From the human T2T-CHM13v2.0 reference genome, Homo sapiens: 64,000 bases of DNA. The stretch lies in NCBI RefSeq assembly GCF_009914755.1, contig NC_060925.1. One strand, given 5' to 3'. The notes beneath the pieces were generated by a model. That model made no database searches. It was given only the letters and a program-made list of their open reading frames with translations, and was not told the DNA's origin. Positions 1 through 16,096 of this stretch are shown here, in pieces; the first letter of the stretch is position 1, and each line of letters starts with the position of its first letter. The position numbers were made by a program, and so were the translations under genes.

Positions 1-426
1 TGGAAGCCAAAGAGATGACTCCTTATTTGCTGATACCTTGCAGCAGGTCTATTTCCAGTGACAAGGAGGCAAGTTTGAATTGGTTAGAGCCTCATTCACA
101 GTTCTTCAAATGTTCTTGTCAAGTATTTACTTGCTACTAAGGAGGATGGCTTCAACCTTCCCCAGGACCATTTTCCAGCATCCTTCAGCATGTTTGCTTA
201 GGACCAAGTTCCCACCCTCCTGAATTTTACCCTTGCTGGAGACACATGCACTTGATACAGTTAAAGGGCAAAACAGGCCTGATGGGGAGGTTCCAACGCA
301 TTTGCGTTGCAGACCGTAGGCGTTAGAATCTAACTCCTAGTTTTCTACTACAACTTCAAATGCCACCCTCCTCACTAAGGGTCTAAAGCCAGAGTGCGGA
401 TGAATGAATCAAGCCTTTCTTTCTGA

Positions 427-836
<410 letters not shown>

Positions 837-1915
837 TGCTCTGGACTCTTAATCTCACTCCCCTAGACCATTAGTTGGCTGTTTGTTGCATTAAACCACT
901 CAGATCTCTCTTTCATTTCCTTGTAAACTGGATTCCTTTGTCCTGCAGAAGAGATGTACACTGTCTACTTTTGTTTCAACAGAGGGCAGTAGAGAACAGC
1001 AAACAGTTTACATTTCTAAGCCCAGAAGAAACAAAACAAATCCATTTACAACATTCTCCCCAGGTCAAGGTACCCAAAATATGGCACACTGTGCTTCGTG
1101 TGTTCATAAATGGGGCATGTCTTTGTGAAAGTAGGGCAGATCCCGGAGAGTCAGCGACTCGTAGACGACTCTTCCTCTTGTGAACAACAGTTTAGTTATG
1201 TGTAACTCATGGAAGGCTTTATGGAGAAGGAGTTTGATCTTGAAGGATAAGTATGAGTTGGCAAGATAGCTTTGTTCACAGAAAGCAGCATGGGCTCAAA
1301 CATGGCAATAGCATGGCAAGCTTGGGGAAGTTAGGAATAGGATTGGGCAGAATCTGACAAGACCGCAATATACCTCAAGACTCTAGGTGCTGGAATCTTC
1401 AGTATGGCACATAGCATCCTGTGCCGTGGGGCAGCTGTGATATTACATACACTCTCAGATGCTATGTGCCATCCCGAAGTGTTTGAATGTCACTTTGAAG
1501 GGTTTAATATCATCCTGAAAGCAATGTAAAATCATTGAAGAATTTTGAGTAGGGTGGTGATCTAACCTATTAGGCAATTTGAGATTTTCTTGTTTGTTTT
1601 TAATTGAGGTATATCATGGTCTTGTTAATCTTTTAAACTTTAGCCACCCAGGTGGGTATACAGTGATATTGTGTTTTTAATGTGCGTTTCCCTGATAAGT
1701 AGTGACTTATTATCTTTTTATGTGCTTATTTGGTCATTTGGATATCCTTTTTTATGATGTTTCTGTTTAAGTCTTTTGCACACTTACGAATTGGCTTATC
1801 TTCTTCTCATTGATTTTTAATAGTTTTTTATGTATTTTAGATATGTCTTTTGTCAAATATACCTATTACAAATATTTCTCCTACTCTGTGGCTTTCCTAC
1901 TAACTTTTCAAATGA

Positions 1916-2150
<235 letters not shown>

Positions 2151-2811
2151 ACTTTTTTTTAATATTATATTTCAATAATGATTATACCAAAAATATATTT
2201 TGTATTATTTGAGAAAATCTGTAATATATATTTGGGAGATTAATGAATACAATTATGAAGGTCACTGAAGCATGACTCTTCTAAAACAAGTTAATAATAA
2301 TGACATCTTTTCATGAACAAGCAATTGATAAATCTTTTTGAAAACCCTATGAAAGATGAATTGGAATGCAGCAAGACTGAGGCAGGATGACTAGTTAAAG
2401 GCTTGTTTCAGCCCTTCTGCCATTAGAGGACACGGAAGCTACCATCTAAGAAGCAGAGAGCGACCTCTCACCAAAGAGTCTGCTGGCACCTTGATCTTGC
2501 ACTTCGCAGCTTCTAGAGCTATAAGAAATAAACTTGTGTTGTTTATAACTAGGAGGCCGTTGTACTATTATTATTCCTATTTTATGGTTGAGAAAACCAA
2601 GGCATGGGGAAATTAAATGACTTGCCTGAAGGTTTTCTACTGCTAATAATTGGCAAGAGGAAAAGAAACGTGCAAGAACTGTATTGATTGGATGGGAATG
2701 GTAGATACATTAATTTGAAGGATTTTGTCTTAATAGATCTTAGAGAAAGAAGAGTACATTTGGGAGAAATAAGTGAATTTTGTTTTAGAAAAAAAATATG
2801 CGTATGTGTGT

Positions 2812-3081
2812 TTTATTTTTTAGACAGAGTCTCTCTCTGTTGCCCAAGCTGGAGTGCAGTGGCATGATCTCTGTTCACGGCACCCTCCATCTCTCAGGTT
2901 CAAGTGATTCTCCTGCTTCAGCCTCCTGAGTTGCTGGGACTACATGCCACCATGCCTGGCTAATTTTTGTATTTTTAGTAGAGATGGGGTTTTGCCAAGT
3001 TGGCCAGGCTGGTCTCAAACTCCTGACATCCTGGGCCTCCCACAGTTCTCGGATTACAGGCATGAGCCACTGTGCCCAGCC
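2812..3081 (-). mobile_element. Alu (S/J)
   Basis: Alu consensus motifs in antisense orientation. Confidence 0.85.
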
Positions 3082-3239
3082 AAAAAAAGTTTTGAAGTGG
3101 AAATGCCTAATAGGTAGCTATCATTATATTATATATATTATATATGATAAATATATTAATGTATCTTTCTAGAGTTAAGTAGAAAAGTGTTGGCCGGAGA
3201 TAAAGACTGAGGAGTCATCAGCATATAGGGAGTGAAGCA

Positions 3240-3458
3240 AGGCTGTCATTCTGAGCACTATTGACACATGGGGCCAGATAATTCTTTGTTGTGGGGGGCT
3301 ATGCTCTCCACTGGAGGATATTTAGCAGCTTTCTTGGCCTCCACTCAATAGATGCCAGGGGAAGCCCTCTCCAGTTGTAATAGCCAAAAGTGTCTCCAAA
3401 CATTGGCAAATGTCCCCTGGGAGCGGGGGGCAAAACCAACTCTGTTGAGAACCACTGG
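3240..3458. mobile_element. MER20 DNA transposon relic
   Basis: ggggccagataattctttgttgtgggg...tagatgccag...gttgagaaccactg matches my recollection of MER20. Confidence 0.7.
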
Positions 3459-4447
3459 TGTAGAGGAAGCCAAGAATGTAGATAAAATCATTTAGAAGTA
3501 GTAAGACATATACAGGATCACGTTTCTTAGCCCTTTAAAGTTCATTTTCAACCTCTTTGAACATAAACATACTTTGTTTAATCTTATCTTAATTTTCATA
3601 TCTAGTTTGTCAAGTTTACAAGTATTAAATTGTATTATAATGCTAAAAAGGCTTTTAAAATTACACCTCTACCTCTCCTTCCCCCTCCAGTTCTGATGCA
3701 CCCTTTGAGGGGGTCTCTTCTCACTTAGAAAATTATTGATAGAGAATTATGTAGAGGACAGAAAGCTGAACAAACACCAATATTTAATGGACAGGTGAAG
3801 ACAGAGGAGTGTTCAGGGAGAGTAACGGGAGTCATCAGAGGGACACCAGGAGGGGAACCCAGGTAAGTCGTGATGAAACAGATGGTGAATGACTTCAGAG
3901 TATTTTGGCCCTGCAAACTGCAAGGGTACATCGTAAAAGACTGCATAGTGCCCCTGGGGTTCATAAATCACTTCTTAGAGAAGTGAGAGAATTCTGAGTT
4001 CTCCCTGGGCTTAGAGTAAAAAAGGCATTTCCAGTGATAGGGCCCAATGCAACATTTAGGACAACTCGGGGAAGAAAACTTTGAGATTCAGAAAGAAAAA
4101 TGACTTCTTCTGCCAAGGGAGAGATAAGGAAAACTGCAGATGAGGAGATGGCCTGAGGTTTTGGTCTTGAAGGGAAGATCAGAAAACAAGGTCTGGGTTC
4201 CCGTTTATTTTGGAAGCAAAGTATTATCGTGCATTAGAAACTAGGCTCTGTACTCTTCTTTTGCTTATCTTCATATCTTAGAAAACTTTTCTTTTAAAAT
4301 CTTCCAGCCAGTTTAGTTGGCCAAGAGAAAGATTTAGATATTTTGACATTTCCGCCAATATAACTTCTGATTATCTCCTTTGTGGCTGGCTAGAGTGGTG
4401 GCACTGGCATCCTAGCTCTCCAATCAAAATTTTTAAAATAAAGATCT

Positions 4448-4771
<324 letters not shown>

Positions 4772-4826
4772 TTAATAATGCTCTATTTATCTGTGATTTT
4801 CAGCAGTTTAAATATGATATGTTTAG

Positions 4827-4828
<2 letters not shown>

Positions 4829-4860
<32 letters not shown>
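4829..4860. repeat. (GT)n microsatellite
   Basis: Perfect GT dinucleotide run. Confidence 0.95.
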
Positions 4861-4862
<2 letters not shown>

Positions 4863-5838
4863 TTTAGTCTGCCTATGCTTCTTTGTCCTTCTTGGATTTG
4901 TGGTTTGATAACTTCCATTATTTTTGAAAAATTGTTGGCCATTTTCTCTTTAAATGTTTCCTCTCTCCCATTCTTTCTCTATTCTCTGGGATTTCAATTA
5001 CATATATGTTAGGCCAGTTTACATTGTCCCACAGTTCTTGGGTGTTCTGTTCTATTTTCTTTTTTTTTATTCCTTGAATTTCAGTTTGGGTAATTTCTAT
5101 GAACCCATTTTCAAAGTACTGATTTTTTTTTTCTCAGCTGTATGGCATCTACTGATGACCCTGCCTAATACATTCTTCTTCTCTTTTACTCTGTTTCAAA
5201 ATTTGCTAATATTTCCATTTGACTCTTCGTATAGTTTCTATCTTTCTGCTGAAATTCCCCATCTGTTTATGTATGTTGTCTACCTTTTCCACTAGAGCCT
5301 TTAACATGTTAAATATGGTTGTAATTAATGGTTTGATTTTAAAATTCCCTATTTGATAGTACCAACATCTGAATCATCTTTTAGCAGTTTCTATTGCTTG
5401 CATTGTCTGTTGACAGGATTTTTAAACCTTGCTTTTCTGTGTTGGCTCATTGTTTTTATTGAATTCTGGACATTATATGTGGGACAGTAGGAACTGAGGT
5501 AAATTGCATTTATGATTAGAAATGAGAACCCGTCTTATTCTGGTAAGCTCTTAGTGTGGGCCAATCTAGTCAAGAGTTGAGCTGGGTTCGGGTTTTATTA
5601 TTGCCATAGTTACCTTCAAATTCTTCTAGTGTTATCTTGTGCTTGGGTGGAGGCAGCATTTCAGTAGACCAAGAGCCGCCGGTACTCCTGGATGGTATTT
5701 TCTCAATTTTCCTGCACTACCCCAACTTTAGGACTTTCTAAAGTATGTGCCTGCACCTCAGAGATTCTCTCTTCAGTGGCAGAGTACTTTTGCTTCTTAT
5801 TCAGTACTTGCTAGCCTGGGAGGTAGGGCAGAGATTTA

Positions 5839-6973
<1,135 letters not shown>

Positions 6974-8584
6974 AGCTGTTCTAGTCCCGCCTCAGTTTTA
7001 GTCGGGCCTTCTGTCCCTGGATCTTGAGGATAGGGCTTTTTCAGTGATCCTAGATCTCACTCAATGGTAGAAGACCTGTAATCATCTAGGCTCGGGATGG
7101 TTTCCAGCCCCTTCCCCAAGGGTAGAGAGTTGTTTTTTGTTGTTGTTGTTGTTGTTGTTTTTTCCTGTTCCTTTCCTCCAGGTGTAATGGGCTCTTTTCC
7201 TCTGCTCTGTGCCCTGGGCCCTTATTCTAGTGATTTAAGACATTTGTTCCTTAGAAAAAAGGATTCAGGTGGGCTTCATGCCTTTCCCAGAATGATGGCT
7301 GCTCCATTACCTAGGTATGTATTCCCTGGCCACAAGCTTTTCATGAGCTCTGGTGGAGGCCCATGAAGATGCTTCAAATGCGTAGGAATGGCCCTTGTAT
7401 CATGAGCTCTCAGTTCTTGGCCACATCTGGCTTTCAGCGATTTATTAAAAATTTTAGCTGAATTCTTCTAACCCATTTGAATGGTAGCCCTGCCTTCCTT
7501 CCACGCTGTCTTACAGGTGAGCCTGTGCTCATATCCTAGCCCTCTTTAGAAACACCTGTCTTTTCTTAGATTTCAGGGTACTTGGTTGCCTCACTACCTC
7601 AGCACTCTGACGGGTTCAAGAAAAGTTATCACTTTGTGTATTATCTGTTTTTTTTCAGGTGTTTCTAATTAATACAGGTTTTTTTGGGGGGGTGTTTCTA
7701 ATGAAAACATTTTAATGAGGCTGGTTTTCACAGCTGTTTTTATACCACAAATCAAAATGGCCAAGTCCAAAATGAAAAATCACCAGAATGGCAGGGCATA
7801 ATGAATTTAAGCACAGAAATTAGATGAAGTTATCTGTTTCTCACATGACTTGATAATCTAAAAAGCAGAAAGTAAAATGGTATGTTTTAAAAGTTATCAT
7901 CAAAAGTGTCCTTGAGGTCGGCACTGACTGTGTCCTGATGGCCATGCAGGCAGGAGTTGTGCTATGTAGGTAGGCTCTGCTATTTGCTCTTCACACGTCT
8001 GGTTAGTTTACAATCTCTCCTTGTTCTAAGTTTTCACCAAAGCCTGATACTGGCTTTTGTTTCCCTTGAGGCTATGTTGTTTCTCATATAAACATGATTT
8101 CCATTTTATGACTGTCCTAACCCTTCATGGTGCAAGCCTGTTTCTCTGAGCTACTATATTCTTCATATATTTATGTTATTACTTCTTACTATTCAGAAGT
8201 ACCTTAATATTCAGAACTACCCTTCAAATTGGAGGGCTCTTTTCTGACCATATTCTCAGCTGTTGGACAGGGGACAGGGACCGATCATGCTGGGTGGTTG
8301 GAAAAGCCTATGGGAGGCCAAGTAGGGGAGACCTACTGCCAGGACTATCACTCCAAGCTCGATTCTTGGGCCTTCCACCTTCACATTCTAGAGGAAAGCA
8401 TATTGCCACTCATCCAAGTTGTGTGCTGTGATTGCTAGTGAAATCTGATCAGCTCCGGGGGCTCTCAGCTCTTGGCTGTCAATGCAGGGTGATAGTGGGC
8501 TACAGGGGGAGGAGGTAAAGAAGAGAGATTATGCAGATATGTCTGAAATCACAATCTTTCTGATTAGATATTTTGGCTCTATAA

Positions 8585-8935
<351 letters not shown>

Positions 8936-9637
8936 TCAATTTTTAATTCTACGACTTTCTGCTCTAATTCAGGTGAAGCACAGGATAGGTTTGTATTGTT
9001 TTTATATCTGTCTCCTGCAAGTATCCTATCTTTCCCATTGTAATGAGGGTTCCTCAGGACAGAGACCACTGTTCTTCTCATTTCTTCATTTCTTCCTCCC
9101 ATCCATCCCCACCCCATCTTTCTTACCTAGCAGAGTCAACATTGGGTTAGAGCACTGCATATGGGTTGAGTAAATCAGTCACTAGTTGATCCCCATGAGT
9201 TATTGCTTTCCTGCTCAGAATTTGTTGCTATTGCCACTCTCAGTATCATTTCCCTCCAGTGATTCCTGAAGACCTCATTTTACTTCTGTAATTCTGCCAG
9301 GGACCAAGTTAACTGCAGCCTGCTCTTCTGCTCCAGTCACAGTAAACTCTTCTCCTAGGGTCTCTACTGAGACTGGAGGCCACAGGAAAGAACAGATGCT
9401 GAGCAGGAACCTCCACTGTCCTCTCGTACAAAATACTTTTCCCAGTTTCTAGAACGATAAACCGCGACCCGATTGAAGGGCTTTTCCATAAGACTACTCA
9501 ACCAGCAGCAATACTTACCTTCATATTTGCAACTTTACTGAAATACCTTGGTCAGAGGAGATCTCCTTTTAATTTTTATTGTGTATTTATTTAGTAGAGG
9601 CAGAGATCTCCTTTATTTACATTCCAATCACTTTTAG

Positions 9638-10026
<389 letters not shown>

Positions 10027-11909
10027 TGACACGATTTGTTTCAAACTGGCCCTGGACCCGGCACCCTCCCTTCTGCTTCTGACTCCTCACACATCAGTCC
10101 TTCTTCTTTGGATACCTGATTAATGGACATTTCCGGTTCTCGACCCTTCTGCTTTCTCTCCAGGGGATGGCTTACATCTTCCTTCCTGGCTAGCACCTTT
10201 TTAGGGTGGCACTTACAGTAAGCTATCTCTTTGTCCTCACCCTTCTGTGTGTTGCCCCAGAGATGAGCCTGCCCAGGGGTTACCTAAGATCTCAACTCTC
10301 TTCTGTCCCTGACAGGTTGTGGCAGACTGGGCACCCTCATACTGAAAATCATCATTGAAGAGAGAGTAGAATCTGGAGCTTCATAGAGGTGGAAAGTTGT
10401 GATAACTTTCCTTGCCCATCATGAGCGTCATAGCTGACACTCCTATAACAAAAGATGAGTTAGCAAGAGAAAAGTTTGTCAAAGTTTTATTTTATTTTAT
10501 CAAAATTTTACATGATGCAGGAGCCTTCTGAAATGAAGACCCAAAGACTCAGGGAAGACTCTGTTTTTATGCTTAGGTTCAATGAGGAATGCCTAGCCCT
10601 GTAGAAATGTGACTGGATAAAGGGTAGAGTCTGATGCTAACAGACTGATGGGGAAAACTTAGCAAGGCCTGTGTGTTTAGATTCTTCTTGGCCTGTGTAC
10701 CATTCCTTCCTCCTGGGTGTGGGGCAGTACTCCTCTGAAACGAGGGTCTTTAATGACTTTTCTCAGTTGCTTTGCATTTGCTTCTTTGTGAAAGATCAGT
10801 TGACTCTATTCATGTGAGCCTATTTGGGGGCTCCCTATTCTGTTCCATTAATCTATTTGTCTGTTCTTTCACCAATAATTGGATACTTTTTACAAGTTCT
10901 TCCTGGTTCTAACCACCATGTTCCTAATGATGATAAGCATTGACTAATTTCCAATTTTACCCAGTGTTGCCAGCTGGGGCACAGAAACAATACCCCAATA
11001 TATGGCACTTTGGCCTGCTGAGTGCTTTGAACTAAGGGAGATTGGAAGACCTCAGAAGCAAGGTCTCTCTGACATTCTCTTGCCCTTCTGTCCTTTACCC
11101 TTCCTTCTCCCCTGAAGCAAGTCATAGAAACCAAAATCCCTCTTCCCCAAAGCAAGCCATAAAACTTAGAAATGTTACTCTCTCCCTCCTCCCTGGCTGA
11201 AGTGATCCACCCACTTTGGCCTCCCAAAGTGCTGGGATTACAGGTGTGAGCCACCACTCTTGGCCAGGTATTTGCATTTCTAATGGGTTGTTAGAGATGA
11301 TGATGCTTTAACACAAAGACCTGAATTCCCTGAGGAGGTGTGGCTGATGCTTAGACCTGGCTGAGGCCTCTCCAACCAGAGCCTCCATCAGTCAATCATC
11401 CTTTTTGTTTGTTTTCCTGGTGCTTGCCTTCTCTGCCAGGCTTCCCTCTCCTTTGGGGTTGGCAGCTGACTGTAGTGCCTGGCTGTCTCAGCTTGTGGGG
11501 AAGTGGCTATAAGGAGGAAACTGTAGAGAGGATTGATAAAAACAACCACAGGGATTCACTGAGCCTGTGGTCAGGATATTAAGAGGAAGAGAAACAAAAT
11601 TCAACCAAGCAGAACAAAAAGAAAGGAGTACATTCTGAATCAAGAGGCTGGAATCTGAGAGTATGTAAAATTGGAACCATTTGAGTTTATAACATTAATC
11701 TGCCTTCCCAAAGTGGGTCTATAAACACTAGTCCCAACTGGAAGCAGAGACTAGATTCTTCTAGCCTTTTAATGATAATAATGATTAAGACTAAATTTAT
11801 ATGGCAGGTTCTGTGTTTAGCATTATTTATGGATTTTCTCATTTAATCTTCATGTTATAAGGTGAGTACTAATGTAATCTCCATTTCACAGATGAGACAA
11901 CAGAGCTTA

Positions 11910-12687
<778 letters not shown>

Positions 12688-13401
12688 AAGAATTTTCCTT
12701 TCTGACTGACATATTTCAGTTTTAATAAATAGTGTGCCCCTCTATTTTAACCATTTTGTTTTAGAAATATCTCCTTGTATTTTGTGCTTTCCCTTTCCCA
12801 GCCGTGATGGGAAAAAGAGACTCATTTCTGTTTTGATTTAGTGTCCTTGGAAATGCCCTACCTGATTCTGTGTCTATCTCCTTTAATAAGTCATCTAAAA
12901 GATATTGTCTGGTTCTTTTGTCTCAGTCAAATGTCTAGTAGTGGTATTTGGATCCTGAGACAATTCAGGGAAGTAGCATGTGCACTGTGTAGGACTTCCT
13001 GATCATTTTTAAATCGTGGCACAGAGAAAACCACACAAGTAAAGTTATAAACAAATGAGGCTGCTTACAGCCAGGGGCAACTGGCCCTACCTGGCTATTC
13101 CTAGGCCTGAGAGCCACTCATTAGTTCTGTGTGCTGGTTACTCATACAAGGCATGTAGGTGGTCCCTGCATACTGTTTGTGAAGCTCATTTAGTGTTGTA
13201 GAAAACCTAAGTCTTTAGCGTCAGGCAGACTTGGTTTCATATTCTGACTCCACCACTTATTAACCATGTAGCTTTGGACAAATCATTTTAACTTCTCTGA
13301 ATCTAAGTTCTTCATGTGCAAATGAGGGTGATAATACTTATCTTCTGGGATTGTTGAAAATTAGAAATAATGTGAGTCTAGTGCCTCCTCCATAGTAATA
13401 A

Positions 13402-13978
13402 TGTGAAAGGAAAATAAAAACTCAGGATTCCAATACACTGTGCCAAAAGAAAAAACAAATTAAACTGAAAGCTGAGTCGTGCAAGATACTGACTTTCCGT
13501 TGGATCCTAAGCAGATAGCTACAGAGAAAAGATTAAAAATCTCCGTAGATGGCCAGGTGTGTTGGCTCATGCCTGTAATCCCAGCGCTTTGTGAGGCCAA
13601 GGTGGGTGGATCACTTGAGGTCAGGAGTTCAAGACCAGGCTGTCCAACATGGCAAAACCTCAGTTCTACTAAAAATACAAAAAAAAAAAAAAAAAAAAGA
13701 AAGAAAGAAATTAGCAGGGCGTGGTGGCAGATGCTTGTAATTTCAGCTGCTTGGGAGGAGGAAGCAGGAGAATCGCTTGAACCCGGGAGGCGGAGGTTGT
13801 AGTGAACCGAGGTCACACCTCTGCACTCCCGCCTGGGCGACAGAGTGAGACTCTGGCAAGAAAGAAAGTAAAGTAAAGTAAAGTAAAAAGAAAGAGAGAC
13901 TCTGGCAAGTAAGAAAGAAAGAAAAAGAAAGAGAAAGAAAGAAAGGAAGAAAGAAAGAAGGAAGGAAGGAAGAAAGGA

Positions 13979-14009
<31 letters not shown>

Positions 14010-14366
14010 GAAGCAAGAAAGGAAGAAAGAGAGAGAAAGAAAGAAAGGAAAAACTCCACAGGTTACTCGTTTCTACCTTATCTTACATGAAGTGCCAATT
14101 TACCGAGAGCAAGACAGTACATAATCGACTATTCCCCTACCTGCTACTTTTCCCTTACAACACGTGGATTACCATACTCTTCCTCTTTCCCCTCCAGCCT
14201 GCTTTTCCTCTAAATATTGAAACCCTCAAATTCATCTTTGGAGAAAGTCACAGACCACATACTGTTTCTGTGATTCTGTGTTGTTTTCTTCCAGGCATGT
14301 CCTTAACCTTGGCAAAATAAACTTCTAAATTAATTGCCACCTGTCTCAGATACCCTTGGTTTTACA
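13402..14366 (+). mobile_element. MER4-family solo LTR containing an Alu (13551-13855) and an Alu-tail-derived (GAAA)n purine tract (13857-14053)
   Basis: Starts tgtgaaaggaaaataaaa, has aaaataaa near the 3' end and ends ...tttaca. Confidence 0.7.
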
Positions 14367-14903
14367 GTAACAATTCACATGCTTACATAGTAACTATTAA
14401 TTTTGGTTTCTTAGTGTGTTACCTATATATTGTATGCCTTTGTTTCTAATGATATTTATAAAGTATTGATGCCAGCTCATTGTTATCACATTGCCAGTTA
14501 AAAAAAAAACTAATTTTTAACCTAAAAATTAGATAAGAGCTGGAGATGGATCTGGGGGTAGAACGGGGGCAGTAGTAAAAGCACGCGTCAGAGTGGGTGG
14601 GGCTGTCGAAGGTTTCTGAAGACCACAGAGTGTGATAACAAGGTTTTACAGTGTCATTTCCTTAAGTATTAAAGTATTACAGCCTGCTTCCTGAGAAGGC
14701 ATTTGGGAAAGAGTCCCCAGAAAGGGGCCCCAGGAGAGATTCCAGAGAAACTCGTGTTTTGGAGATGTTGAGGGTGAACAAATGGTAATGAGGATGATGA
14801 CAGAACGCAAGAAAAGAGAACTAGCATTCACCGGACACCCACGATGTACCAAGCACTTTGCTAACCCTCATATTCTCTTTTACTTTCCAAAAACCTGTAG
14901 TAC

Positions 14904-15108
14904 TGTGGTTCTCAGCCAGGGGCAATTCATCCCCTGGGGAACACTTGCTAATATCTGGGGGCATATTTGTTTTCACAACTGGGAGTGCCACTGGCATCTA
15001 ACAGGTAGAGCCCAGGAGTGCTGCGGAACATCCTACAATGCTCAGGGAAGGTCCTCACAAGAATAATTTGGCCCACAATGTCCATAGTGCTGAGGCTGAG
15101 AAACCGTG
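14904..15108. mobile_element. MER20 DNA transposon relic
   Basis: gtggttctcagccaggggcaatt...ctggcatcta...gctgagaaacc; opposite orientation to the copy at 3240. Confidence 0.7.
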
Positions 15109-15559
15109 CTTAAATGGTAGGCACAATAATCTTCACTTTTACAGATTGGAACCTGACACTCTGAGAAGCCACCTGGCATTCAACCCGAAACCTAACACAG
15201 CTCCAAAGCCCATGCTCTTTCACCATGCCGTTGCAGTGAGAACAGGGATGGAAATGAGGGTGGCAAAAATGACCAAGATACAAAACCAGGGCACAGATTG
15301 GTGCTCAATAGATACTTATTGGGATATTCATTAAATAGAAGAATGAATAAGAAAAAGAATGAATGAGGGCAGGGGAATAATGAGGATGAGTGTGGTCATT
15401 CTATTGCCATCCTGACATACCTCCTTGTCCTTGTTCCACAACTCAGCAGTGAGTCTGGGATTATGACAATAGAGAAAATTAAATGATGGTAGGTGGCCTG
15501 GAGTCCCCATGCTCAATTTCAAGAAGCATCCAGATTCCAGGGCCTGGGTCTCCAAATGG

Positions 15560-15984
15560 AAGTAGAAGTACTAGAAGATTGCTGGTGCACGCTGTCCTGC
15601 ATCACCCTTTCTCAGGAGGATAGAGACTGAAACAGGAGGTTCTGAGCTGAGTTTTGGTGACCATTTCCCTCTTTCTCCCAGAGGCCCAGGCCAGCTGTGG
15701 CCTCAGAGGAAGAAGAAGGGAGTTGTTTCCCTAGTTTCTAAAATTTCTGTGAATTTGAACATGGGCTACACCAGATTTATTCTGGGAAGCTCTGAATCTT
15801 CTAGGAGGGAAAGACTGAGAGGAAAGAGGGTGGAAAGGGAGGAGCCTGTGATAAAACAGAACATTTCTTTTTCACTTCCCCTTTCAGACTCCAGAATTTG
15901 TTTGCCCTCTAGGGTAGAATCCGCCAAGCTTTGAGAGAAGGCTGTGACTGCTGTGCTCTGGGCGCCAGCTCGCTCCAGGGAGTG
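15560..15984 (+). promoter_or_regulatory. FCGR2C: FCGR2B/FCGR2C-type proximal promoter and 5' UTR (-386G / -120T haplotype)
   Basis: Immediately upstream of ATG 15985. G at 15599 (-386), T at 15865 (-120), GATA motif tgataa 15849-15854 and an ETS-like cacttcc motif. Confidence 0.75.
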
Positions 15985-16096
15985 ATGGGAATCCTGTCAT
16001 TCTTACCTGTCCTTGCCACTGAGAGTGACTGGGCTGACTGCAAGTCCCCCCAGCCTTGGGGTCATATGCTTCTGTGGACAGCTGTGCTATTCCTGG
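15985..16096 (+). CDS. FCGR2C: FCGR2C exon 1 (signal peptide S1)
   Basis: MGILSFLPVLATESDWADCKSPQPWGHMLLWTAVLFL; donor gtgagt at 16097. Confidence 0.95.
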
